Source: Tubiluchus corallicola (lineage: Eukaryota; Animalia; Priapulida). From it: a DNA stretch of 64,000 nt. Both the position numbers and the translations under genes were made by a program. Each line of letters begins with the position of its first letter. Position 1 is the first letter of the stretch. The stretch covers positions 62,001 through 126,000 of the forward strand of contig JAQGDQ010000404.1 of NCBI GenBank assembly GCA_030141605.1, in the 5' to 3' direction. Below are positions 25,501 to 39,200 of this stretch, piece by piece. The notes under the pieces were generated by a model that had not been told where the DNA came from, ran no database searches, and saw only the letters and a list, made by a program, of their open reading frames with translations.

Positions 25501-28500
25501 TCTTTATTAGTGCATTTAATCCACTGCATTTCGAAATAAAATTCCGACTGCACTTTTCAGCCTAGTTACTGAATCTAGAGTTTCCATACTTTTGAACGGT
25601 AGTCCATTGTCAAATAATAATTAGTTGATGTTGTTGTTGATGTTGCTCATTTATTTGTTAAGGAAATACTATGTTTAAACCATCTTTTGACCTAACTATG
25701 TTTTGATATACATTTTTACTAACATTGTTATTTTTCTTATGGAATCTTATGCTCTTGTCTGATGTTATATGTCATTAACAACAACTGCTGACCAAAGACC
25801 TCTCTAATATTCAGTGAAAAAGTAGATAAAGTACACTTGCAAAAAAGCCAAGATTGGATTATTTGCTGAATTTTGAGTGTGTTATTAATATACTGGTATA
25901 TCTCTCAGTGAACAGAGATGTTTCTTGTTCTCAGTTGATTGAGAGTGTATTGCAATGATGTGCATTTGTGCAGTGATCAGTGCTTATTAGTCGATTTGCT
26001 TTTGGCAGAATTACTTTGCCAACAGAACGACTTCTCACCTGCCTTAAACATTACATTTAGCAGCCTCACGTGACATGGTATAGTCTTGTGTTTGAGCCGT
26101 TTTCTTGTGAATATGAATTTTCATGAGAATAATGACTCGTGAAAAACAGAGCCATGCAATTAGTGAGATCAGTTGTTAGTGAATAGTGAATTGTCACATC
26201 AGCCGAGGTCTGAAGTTTTGTAGATTTGGCTGATATGACAATTACATTGAGGATTCATTCACACAGCACATCAGTTCCAGACATTGCTTAAAGTTTTCTC
26301 TCGGTTATATTACATTGTTCTGGTGATATATCTTTGTCGTTGAAAGATGGCTTAGATAATCAAGAGTCTTAATTGCAGCATAAGGATCTGTATTGTGCTG
26401 GCTACTGAACGTATGTGGTTTCAAATAATCTGTTGGATGAACTTGATCTCATTAATTGTTTTGCCATCGTGATGTCATAGACAATGTCCTGTCACGTGAA
26501 GCTGCTGTATTGTTCACTAGATGTAAGTATAGTTTGTTTTATTTTTTGTTGAAAGTTATTGTTAAAATGCGACAGTCTTGCTTCTTATGTAGGTAATTGC
26601 TAGTTTCATGAGTTTTTCTTGTGTTAATGCAGTACCTAATTTGCTGTTAGCTAAATTATTTTTTGTTCTCAACTGCTGTAAGAATTAAAGCGAATGTTTT
26701 TAAGAAGTATTTTTGGGTGTTCATAATGCCAGTGTGTATTGACTGTTTCATGACATTAACGATTCTAATATCAGTGACTTTCTCTAAAATAGGGAATTAC
26801 ATTACATGCTTTGCGTGATTCTAATGTGCTTTTGTTCTTATTCATAGGAGTTTTGTGGCAGAAATGAAGGTTTTTGTGAAAAGCAGAAACAGAAGTAAGT
26901 AATCACTAATGATGCACATTTCACTTGCTTTGTTAATATACACAGCCCATTTGCATGAAGTCATGTCATTAGTCAGCTAGTGAAATGTATATCACTTGTT
27001 TTAAAGTGATAGTTATTCTAGATGTGCACATATGTTTTTAGCTTCAAAATGGCTGTGGGAAGATAAGTCTAGATCAGTTTTGTCCATAGTTATGTGAGTG
27101 AAGCATTGAAAGTATTACAGTTCACATTGTCAGATGTTGGTAACCTTGGATTAGTGCTTTAATATCACAAGTCAATTGCTACCCAAAAACTGAAACTGGG
27201 CTGCGTTCACGATTCGGGACGGGATTGAGGTTCGGGTCAGGAGCAGCAGTTCGGGAGGCTAATTGAGTTCAAGGTCAGGATTTTGAGGGTCTTAGGATCA
27301 ACTAGCAGGGTTAGTAGTTGGGTCGGAATGAAATGTTCTGGATCCAGGTTCCTGACCTGATCCATAAATATAATTTTCAGTGAATTTATATAAGCATATT
27401 ACAATAAAATCCTGTTAATATTGTTAGCTGTCACATATTTCACAGAATCAAACATTCAAACAATGCTCAGTTCTGTATTTCCTTTCAGACAGTGTGGCTT
27501 CATAAATTCAGTATTCTAGGTTTGTCCATTAATTAGTAATAAAGTAATCTTGAAATTAAGATTATATAAATTATACGTGCATGTTTGTTCAATGCAGTAT
27601 TTTGTTCAGCAGCTTTAATTATGGGTGCCTAGAATTCCGGACGAAAAAGCTTGTCTAGAGTCTAGACTATGTGCTAGCTATGAATGCATTAAATACCCTG
27701 TGAACGTGATTCTGTCAGTTCTTAAACGATTGCTGTCGGTCAGGTAGATGCAATAAGGGTATTTCTTATTTCCTTGTGGTCTCATTGCACTAAGCCTGTA
27801 TACTTCACTGTAATAAGTAAATGTAATTTAAACGTAATTAAACTTAGACTAAATAATTTAAAGTATTTTAAAACATAATCCAAATGCTTTAACAAAATGT
27901 ACATTTACAAAGAATTGATGTTAATCTGTTGTTATGTCTATAAGTAGGCCTACTTCAACAAAGAACAACAAAAAAGGTGAATAGTTTTTACTAAAAACAA
28001 GATTTCTGCAACATTCATTAAACTTCTCATGCTTCTCCAGCCATTCATGCCCGTGAATTGGGATCCAACAAGAATTCAGCATCTAAGTCATGCGCGCTGT
28101 CACTCGTACGTCAGTTGTTCCACATCGGTGTCATTGAGGCGTATACTGGACTGCCAAAGCGCAAAGAAACTGAAAAGGTTTATAATAAACTTTATTATCT
28201 GGTTGACTTGTTATGGTAGAGTGGTAAATCAATTGTTGGAATAATTCACAAGATTTGTACAGAGTTCATATGTTATCTGGAAAACCCCATGTGTTGTTTA
28301 TTTTTTGGAGAAATCTCGCAAGTTTTATACAGTGTTGTACATTAGTCGTGCATTTTTTATGAACTTGCCACAAGTGATAGGATCTTGCTTGTGGGTTATG
28401 GGGTTGTGTGAAAAAAAGGACTGTACCAGAAAAATACTAGCTAAGCAACTGTCTTTTCTTTGCCAAATTCTAACAGCCTTGCCATTTACGGTATTCTTTA

Positions 28501-30154
28501 GAGCAAGCCCTGTGATGAAAATACATAACAATGAGTAACAGTGATTCAGTAAATTTAATCACTCTAATTTTTTGCTGAGGGTTTGCTATTTTGTTATGGT
28601 TTATGAGTCTTGTTGCAGTATACTCTTAGAAAATTTTTTAAGACTTGGCAATTTTTACATTCTTTTCCATTGAAAATAATTGTTTGATTTTAACTCAGGT
28701 AATACAACATTGTTAGCATATGTTAACACCTATATCGTAAGTGTTGACACTATTGTGGTCATTCTGCATTTGTGCAAATTTGGTTAATTCATTTTTGTTT
28801 GAAAGTATTTATTTCATTGTTATAGGTTGAAGGTTATGAAGTGGGGCTTTCCCCAAACTTGCAAGCTCAAGTTGATGATGTTTTGCAGGAATTTGGGATC
28901 CACCCTGTTGCTGAGGTATGTTGCACTTCCTTTCCTTGATAACCAATTTCAACTAGCTTTTTAATAAGATAATAGCTGTATCAACTTCATATTGTGATCT
29001 TGTTTTTTTTCCATTGCTTTCAATCCGGTTTTATGTTTACAAGGTAACAATTATTGATTTTTCATTTGTTCATTTGATGATTGTTCCTCACTATCTCACA
29101 GTCATGAGATAATTGATTTTAGATCATCATAGATTATAGTTGGATAACTTCACCCATGGCTATAGTCTACGACACTGTGGCCTCTACTTTGAGGATTAAG
29201 TCAATGATGTATTGTCACTGTGTTATACGACACTGTTGTTGTAGCCATTGGTTTTGCGGCTCCATACATAAATTTAAAAAACAGTGCCAAAAACCTATCA
29301 CTGCACTTTAAATAAGGTCGCTAATTATATTTGTGCAGGTTCGACATTGTACGGTCAGCAATTGCTGTATTTCTAAGGTAAAAATATAGACTTCTCAGGA
29401 TATTTACATAAATGGATTTGTTAACAATAAATAGTTTTTGATTCTTGAAAAATATAAAATCCGAAAGTCTAGTTTTAAAAATTTTTATTAGGTTTTACAA
29501 GAGACTAGAGTGTTGTTGTTATATCCACTAGTTTAGCATTATGTAAAAAGTAATTTTGTGGAGCTAAAATGATATGAGGAAAACTGCATCCTCAAAGCTC
29601 AGGTCAGCTTTAATTTGAAGTAGCCTGATGATTTTTAAGATCCGAAAGCCTGATTTAAAGAATTGTATTATTGTATTTATAACAGACTTTAGTGTTGTTT
29701 GTTATATCCAAATTGCTAAACCTGTTCCCATAACTTTATTTATGAGAAATATAACTAAACTAATAGCATTTCGTGTGAATCTTAGTGTATTTTTCTATAC
29801 TTATTTTAATATTGGCTTGGTACGTCGGAATTATTACCGAAAAACCTCATCGATTGAGGCAAGTCAAAAAATTTTTGGAATTGGATTAAAATTAACAAAC
29901 AGATTGTTGAAGCTAGATGAATATAATAGTCATATTGTTCATTTTCAGCCACTGCCTCATATCAAGTCAGAAGAACCCATTTCTCTGACAGTTTCTAAGG
30001 TTGTGGAGGAGTTCGAAACATCAGCTGGACCTTCACGTGGAAATGTAGTTCCATGGTCTCCACCACAACAAAATTGGAATCCATGGACAGGCTGCAATAT
30101 TGACGAGGGTCCCCTAGCCACGGTACAAATTTAAAAATATGGCTTTTTTATGTA

Positions 30155-30207
<53 letters not shown>

Positions 30208-33200
30208 CATGGAATCTGAAAAAAATCAATTTACTTTTGTAGTTGGTTTTCAATTATTTCACAGTTCATTGTATTATTTTAGCAAATGCTTAATGTGACA
30301 TTATATGTATAGTGCATGTAAGTGTAGACACACTGTACAAATCAAAGAAAATTATTACATGCATGGTTTTGTTTTACAAAACTTCCTTTAAGTATCTGTG
30401 CTGTTCAAATTGCAGAAAGCTTTTGACAACACAGACATTGTTGAATTATTAAAATACAGTCAAATCTCATTATAATGCAATGTCTGGGACACCACTAAAT
30501 ATGGCACTATAGCGTGGTTGGTGGTAAATCGAGGTTCATTGAATACGAAAACCATTCTACTGTATGACCTCAATTTTGTTTCCTAGTTAATTTTAACATG
30601 CATAGAAATATTATACCTACAATAATACATGTATTATACAGTCCATTTGTGCTGCATTAACAATGTAGGTGTGGTTCTGGCGGTACCTTGTGAATTTTTT
30701 ACGTAACGCAACATGGAGAAGCAATCTTGTGAAATACTGGTTAATTAGATAACTGCTGATAAGAGAAATATGCAGCCATGCGGTTCACCCACGCTCTTAA
30801 CGTAATATTTCTGGACGTCTGGGCGACTAGAGTATAAATACTGCCGCACATAGCTTGACCTTGAGCAAAGGAGCTTTAACAGCCATTGGATTCAGATCAG
30901 TAAATTCACATCAATTCAACACTGAACCATAACTATGCAACTGTTGTACTCTTAAATTGCATGCTACTTGCTGAAAACCTCTGCCATACAGTCACTTGCT
31001 ATGAAATACTGACTGTAGCAGGGACTGTATGGCAGTGAAAGTTGAGGTTCTGAGCAACCTTATAACTTTTTATAAATTATAGTTGCTGTAATCACCCGGA
31101 GATAATTCTTAATAATAAGAACAAGTTCACTTAGTAGGGAAATCCTACAGTAAAGAAAATAAATGATACACAACATTTCAATCCACTACTGTGGATTATA
31201 TTTTGAATTATCAAAAAACAAACGATCATTACATATTAATTTCTTTTGCATTGTGCAATAAATACATTCTTTAACAACCACAGAATGCAATTGCAGAAGA
31301 AGGACACAACTTAATGCATTAAAGCATCATGTCTTTTGTTTTGTTTATTATGGGATTTTTTTTTTAATCACAGTTGCTGTTGTTATTTGTGACGATTAGT
31401 TAAAGGTTTGAAACTTAGTAACTAGATCAAACAGAAGAGTGTCTGTTGCAGGTAATACATATGACAAGTTTGGTGATTTGAAGCTATATGCTCAATGTGT
31501 TAAACTTTTATCAATTTTTTTATTTGGGTGTTAACACAGTTTCTTACTGTTTGTCTCCTAGGCATTGCTTGAGAACATCTGCAGTGATATGTCCAGACAG
31601 AAACAGCAACAGCTGAACTTCGACTCTCACCTGCAGAAGATGTTATCTGACAGACAGCAACTACCAGTGTACAATTCTAGAGAGCAGATACTGCAGACTA
31701 TCCGCCTTAACTCTGTCGTCATCATACGAGGTGCCACAGGGTGTGGAAAGACAACACAGGTGAGTGGAGCATAATTTACAAGAGTAGGACAGGTATAACA
31801 TAATTAGAAAGCTATAAGATAATGAGGGCATGCCGGTGTGGAATTATTCAGGTGCGGGTAAATAGCACAATTTATGCTTTGTTACCAAAAATTATCTGTT
31901 TTTTACCAAAATTTTGTTAGTTTTCGACGATATAAAATTTATAAATGGAATGTTAGTGCGCAACTGAAGTTGCTGAAACTTTCATTTTCACAATGGTTTT
32001 CTTTCGTACACCGGCATTTTGCAAACAGTATGATTGCATGTAGTTAGTGTATGTGTTTTTAACTGCACATTAAGAAAACTTTATTTTCTACAGTTGAGTA
32101 CTGTTTCAGATTCCCCAATATGTTTTGGATTCGTTCATCGATGCTGGTCAAGGAGCATTCTGTAACATCATCGTAACTCAACCACGTCGCATCAGTGCCA
32201 TAGCCGTGTCTGAAAGAGTTGCTGACGAACGTTCGGAGGACTTGGGCATTACCTGTGGTTACAGTGTGAGGTTTGAGTCTGTATTTCCTCGATCGTATGG
32301 CGGCATCTTGTTCTGCACAGTTGGTAGGTGGTTTAGTGCTCTGGGTAATTATTTTGTTGTTGCCTGTTTTGGTACAAATTAGAAGCAGAGTTATTAATGG
32401 AGCAAATTAATCACGTGTTCTATGTCTGTGTCAGTAAGAGTTCTCCAAACCGTGCACTATAATTTCCAGATATTTCTCAGTTTTCTGGAAAAATGTATTC
32501 TTTGGTATTTGTGCAATGGTTTATACATAACACATTAGACTTAGAATAACTGCAGTATTGTCTAATGTGGCCTTCGCAGCTGTAAATTCCACTTTTCACT
32601 TTCATTTTCGCTCTCTAATCTTCACTTTCATAGTTTCCTGTACTCATGTTACATTATTATTATGATCACGGCTTGGACTGATTCTTCGATACCTTCTCAA
32701 AAATAATTATTGATAATGTTAGCTGCACACTTTATCAGAAAATAATGCAAGGCTGATTTATATGAGCTTGACACGTCACTTTTGTTAAAAGATGATAATT
32801 CTTAATTACAAAACCTCTTAGATTCAACTTCCTGCAAAAATTAGCCAAAAAGATTATTTTGTTTTACATGCTTTCTGTTTTAGAACAAAGTAAATAATGA
32901 AACCTCTTATTCTGCCTGGCTGTGAAAGTTTTTAAAATTGGAGAATATCATTCTTCCATTCTTATTATAAAATAATAATTTATTATTAATTTGTAAAGAA
33001 TATTCTGTGTATTGTTACTTATTAATTTGCTTATTTTGCCCTCAATATATATGTGTGCTTGCATAGGAAAATCGTCCGTAAGTCGGTAATTAAGCTTTTC
33101 TAGTTATTCACATATCCTGACTCTCCATTTCATGAGGATCATTTTGATATCAAGTTCATCGCTCTATGTTATTTGTAAGCTGAGGTAATCCTTTTTGAAG

Positions 33201-36200
33201 TTGAGGTACACGCTATGCCCTGAAAAACATAATATAGAGAAAATCGCTGTCAAAGTTGGCCATTGTTTTTTGTCGTGTTTCTACAAAACACTTAGCAACC
33301 GCACAAACGTTGGACTTTGCAAGAACACATTGAAGTTATGTTTAAATCCAGTAGATGGCTCTTCCTGATGAAGATCTGAACTTGGCAACAGAAAAAACCC
33401 AAAGCAAAATGACTGCTTCCATGAGCTACTATCAGAGTTTGAAAATATAAGTTTGTAGTTGCAGTACTAGTTTCTAGCAACGACAATGGGTACAGGGTTA
33501 TAGAATCAGATCTTTAGTGTTTTTTAAACATTTTCTTGATAATTTGATGTTAGGATATAAAAGTCCAATATATTTAGCATTTGGTCTTGTAAAAAACAAA
33601 AAATTGTCATTTGACCAAGGTTTTGGTGCATTCTGCTTTGAAGCATATAAATGTAGTTTATACTATGCTAACGTATAGACGGTTTTGGTTTGCAAGCACA
33701 CATATAAAGAATTTCTGCATTTTTTTACTTACCAATTTTCTTATTTTTCCTCAGTCATTGTTATCAACCTTCAACTTGTGCATTCTAGTCAGCACTTAAT
33801 TCGCCATGTTATTGTTGTGTACAATTAGTAGTCCTAATTTTGTTGACCAAAGATGATAAACTATTATGTACATGTGGTGGGTAAGTATATACCAATTTTT
33901 ATAAATGATGTACAAATAATCTTCTCTACAGGCGTTCTGCTACGGAAGCTGGAGAATGGATTAAGGGGCATTTCACATGTAATTGTTGATGAAATACATG
34001 AACGAGATCTGAACACGGATTTTCTCATGGTGGTACTGGCAGACATGGTAAAGATGTACCCAGAAATGAGAGTCATACTCATGTCTGCCACCATTGATAC
34101 TTCACTGTTCTCAGAATATTTCGGCAACTGTCCAGTGGTTGAAGTGTTTGGGAGAGCATATCCAGTACAAGGTTAACATTGCTGCTTTGCTTTCTTTTGA
34201 AGAGCGCTCACAAGTTTTTGGCTAGTGTTAACAAAAACATTTGTGTGTAATTCTGCTGCTGGTAATTACTAATTAATGACAAGCATCATTCCTTCAAGTT
34301 TAGGTCTTTTGCATATTGTTTTGTAAACTTTTTGTTACTCATTTCTAAATACATTAAAATTTTAGATTATAATCAGACTAATTAAAACATTTTTTTAATG
34401 TTTCAACTTGTTTTTCTATGGTGTAAGTCAAATTTTTTTTAACCAAGTACCAAGGTTTTAATTGGTATGTAATTATTTTCATAATTATTTTTTGGGGTTT
34501 CCATTCCAATTTGTTTGAATTGTCATATTGTGATTCACATGAAAACATCAACATTTTGAAATAATTTCAAAAATTTGATTTTTGCACCAGCTTTTAGGAT
34601 TTATTTGTCTTAGCAGTGAGTTTTATGCTGTCTTTGTAACATGTCTTGTAATATACATTGCGTTAGTTACATTGCAATGCATATTTGTGCAGAGTATTAT
34701 CTAGAAGACTGCGTTCAGATGCTTAATTTTACACCACCTCCCAAAGTAAAAAAGCGCAAAAGTGGAAAGGATGATGATGATGACGATGAAAATGAAGCAG
34801 CTGCTGTTAATCCCAATGATGATGAAGAAACTGCAGAGTTGGTGAGTTAAGTGGGCAATGTTGTCTTATGTTTTGTAAAACAGAATTTAGTTCTTGAGTG
34901 CTACAAAACTTTATTTGGGCAAATGCTGGTAAACTAACGAAAACTAAATTCAAATATTTTCAAAAGATAGATTTTGAGCTCATTTTTTGAGAAGTTTTTC
35001 AGAGTTGTTACTGCTAACAGCTATGTTAATTTTTGTCAAAAGTCTTTTTGCTATCAGCAGTATGCCTTTATTAAGTTCTCATTTTTCTACACACTTCTAA
35101 ACTGAAGATATTTCAAGGAATGGCATAGCCTTTAACCTGAAGCCATGCTTTCATTAAGGGAGATGATGGTATTTCAAGTTTGTCAATAGATGTCACAATA
35201 TTACTTATAATTTATTAATTATATAAAAATTGTTATTTCTTTAAAAAGCTAATTTGAAGTACAATTTATGTGCCAAATTTAATATACCGTAAATTCGAGA
35301 CTTGATGCAATAATATAGATTTAGATAAAATACAATGCTCGGGAAAGTTAGTGTGATTTTGTTAATTTATTTGTGTTTCCTTTTGATTTACAGAAAAATG
35401 CAAATCTGAATGTCAAAGTGAGTGATGAGTATAGCCAGTCGACTCGTCACTGTGTTGCACAAATGTCTGAAAAGGAGTTGTCATTTGAACTTATAGAGGG
35501 CCTACTTAAATATATCCGTGGCTTAGACATTGCTGGTGCAGTACTCATTTTCCTGCCAGGTTGGAATCTCATTTTTGCACTAATGAAGTACTTAGAGGAA
35601 CATCCTCTGTTTGGGACTCCCATGTTTCGAATTCTTCCGCTGCATTCCCAAGTGCCGCGTGAAGATCAGCATCGTGTGTTTGATAAAGTACCACCTGGAG
35701 TTACAAAGGTAAAACAACACTTTTAATAGTAGTTTCTGGAGTTATGGTTTTCTGATTCTCTAATAACTTTCAGCTATCTAGTGATAAAAAGGCTGCAGCA
35801 GAAATAGAAAACTAGGGATAGATCATTATACAAAAGCTGACAAAGGGCAAATCAGCTTGTCATTAAGATTATGTTGTACTGAAATTCAAAAACACCAGTT
35901 TATCAGTGTTTTGAAGTTCAAGAAACATTCAGAATAACAATGTTTGAAATGTTTTAAGCTTAATAGTCAAAGTGTGTTGTGCTGGCCTCACTGATGATTT
36001 TTGAATGATATATAAATTTGTAGTGTTTACTGTAGCATGAAGCTAATTAAATTACACATGACTATTGAGTTGATATTTTAATTTTCAGACACTTTTTGCT
36101 TTTGTAGTATAACATAATAGGCTGGTTGCTTAGTTTTGTACATTGTCACTTCATAAGCATTGAATAATGAAATGAATTAAGTTCTTCACCTCAACAGCGG

Positions 36201-39200
36201 TGCTATAGTGTATTCTTGTGCCAAGACATGATGACAAACTATATTCTCTTGAAGGTATTTTTGAGGAAATCAGCTTTTATGTGGATACGAAACTGATTTT
36301 AGCAAGAACTATTTGAGTGTAAAATTTTGATATCTTTTTCTTATTTTTATAATTGACTATTTTCCTTATTTTAGCTTATTCTGTCAACAAACATTGCTGA
36401 GAGTAGCATTACCATTGACGATGTAGTCTATGTCATTGACTCATGCAAGTAAGCCAATCTTGATTTTTCTTTCTATGAAAAATGCCCTCTGTGATTTGCA
36501 AATTTATCAAAAAGATTTGAGTGTTAGCATTTCGAATGTTTTTGTATTCTTGTTATTCTAGGCAAAAAGTCAAACTGTTTACAGTGCACAATAACATGAC
36601 TAATTATGCCACTGTATGGGCATCCAAGACAAATTTGGAGCAAAGGCGAGGGCGTGCCGGGCGTGTCCGCCCCGGTTTTTGTTTTCACCTGTGCAGCCGA
36701 GCAAGATTTGAAGCGTAAGTACTGCTAGTTTTATCTGTTGAAAAACTTGATTGCTGAATGGAATTTTACTTTTAAATAAAACTTAGAAAAATAAAATATT
36801 TTTTGAAGCTGTTGATTCATTAGCTAGTTTAGTTCTTATAGTGACACAAATGAAACAAGGCAAAAAACTTAACAGATTATTGAAACATTGGTGTATACAG
36901 CATTAATATAGTTCTAGGTGTTTCACCTGTCAGTATAGTTAGATACAGCTATAATCAGTATCAGTAATAGTAAATCATGAACTGAAAGAAGAATTGTCAT
37001 TTTTATATAGCAAAGCAGTAAACTCACTGGTTTATTGTTTTTTCCTTGTCCTTTTTACTGTTTTACTGAGATTTTAAATGTTATTCATGAGTTCTTTTGT
37101 ATGTCAGCATGGTAGAGACTCAATTAAAGAATTTATTTGAAAGTGGAAAATTTTGAGAACCTTTCTCGATATTTCACTGATAATGTTCTAATTTTTCAAT
37201 GTTTAGTACCAGACTAAGCCATTTCATAAAAACTGTATGCACCCAAAGAAATTTTTATTTGTAATGAATTTTCGAATAATTTCATAATTTTATTAGTATT
37301 GTGTCAGGTTATTTCACTACTTTTCCAAATAAGACCAGAAACTTCTTGAGAACTAAAAATGATGTAAAAGTGTATAAAATGTGCTATTTTTGCTGAGAAA
37401 TGATGACTATCAAGGGGTTTGATGGAGGTAACCAAATGAAACTAACATGTGCGGATATGGGCCTGATCTTAGCAAAATAGTTTTCTTGTCTTTTTTTTCA
37501 TTTATTTTTATTGTTGCTCTTGATAGACAAAGGAGGTAAAAGCAAATGGCTTAGTTGCAACAAAAGCATAAACTGAAACTGTGTACTATGTTGCAGACTG
37601 GATAACCACACTACTCCGGAAATATTCCGTACTCCTCTGCATGAGTTGGGTTTGAGTATTAAGCTTCTGCGTCTCGGTTCCATAAGTGAGTTTCTTGCTA
37701 AGGCCATTGAGCCTCCGCCATTAGATGCTGTTGCTGATGCAGAAAATACGTTGAGAGGTAGGTGAAGTCAGTAGCACAAATTGTTTGACGTGAAAAAACT
37801 AATGAGTAGATTTCTATTTCCTACCTGTGAATTTTTGATAGATTTTCCTTTTGCACTTGTCTGTTTTGGTTGTTGGTGCCTGTATGGTTGTTTTAAAGTA
37901 GCAGGTGCAATTTCTCTTAATAGTTATTTGGGTGAGTTTGACAGATGCTATGGCTGGATTACTTGCTAGTTGAAAAGTCAAGGTAACGGAAATTTATTGT
38001 AAGAAACACTGTTGTAAGCAGTCAGCTGTGCTTAACTATCAGCTGCAGGATAGAAGTCTAGGTTCTTGATACGTACAACATTTTTGTACCTATTATTTAC
38101 GTTTTTGATCTGTAGTTTATTGAGTCAACACTGTGCTTGTGCTTTCCACACTGCATATTCTATAAGGAACAGTAAACAGCACAGTAGAACGTATAGAGAA
38201 TAAGAAAAATTAAAAAAACTTTAGCTCTTAAAAAGAAGTTAACTAATACTTGCATTGTATTTGAGGTCAATTTATTTAGTTTTTTACATTTAGTTTTCAC
38301 ATGTTATCACATTTGTTTATATATTTAGACAACAAAAAAGCAGCAACAGATCTTTTTAGTTTTTTTGAGTATCGAACACAAAAGGCAAGACTGCACGGTG
38401 TTAACAGTCATTGCAGAGAAGCAATATGTGATTGCAGTAATATTATTATTATATTTACAGAAATGAAAGCACTTGATAGTCACAATGAGCTAACTCCTTT
38501 GGGAAAGATTCTTGCCAGAATGCCTCTGGAACCACACTTAGGCAAGATGGTTATTCTGGGCAGCATTTTCTTGTAAGTACTGAAATAACTGCCATTATGA
38601 GATTATAAAATAAGCACTGTTCTCAAGTAATTGTGCCAGTCATATATACTGTCTGTGCAGTCAACAGTCATGGTCTTCAACTCGGTTTATCGGATAAACA
38701 TTGCTTTACATAAGAGGGATAATAGTTGAAGTCAATTTTGATTTCAAAGTCTAATTTAATGCCTTGTTTCTGGTGTCGATACAGCAGGCTCTTTGCTAGT
38801 AAAAATCTTTAAAACAATTAGAATGAAAAATGTGCACTGATTACATACATTTATCGTTCATGTGTATAATCTTCACTGATGAAATTTGCATGCCTTGAGT
38901 TCGTTGTCTTGATCTTGAATATGGTGCTCTTGGACTTGGTCTCGATATGTTTCATTTTATACACAACACTGTTTTTTTTTACAAAAAATTCACTGCACCC
39001 TTGCTATTGCAGTTTCACTTCCATTCTAAATGTGTAAATAAATGTACATATGTCACTGCGAGCACGCGCGCAGTGAAACTGTAACAACGTGTGTTAAATC
39101 AAGTACTTTACTCAGTCAGCTAACCGCTCTTCTTATTTTGTTTTAGTATTGGAGATCCAGCTGCTGCCATTGCTGCAATGACTTCTTTTCAAGATCCATT

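Noticed and set aside
29457-29717. Diverged direct repeat with ~180-bp period inside the long 29628-30134 ORF
   Set aside because: An ordinary intronic duplication; only 29949-30122 of that ORF is a DHX9 exon.
33364-33385. CTGATGA-AGATCT-GAAC resembling a minimal hammerhead ribozyme core; also gatcgaaacatgttg at ~12814
   Set aside because: The first has GAAC instead of GAAA, the second lacks CUGANGA, and no stems I/III can be built.
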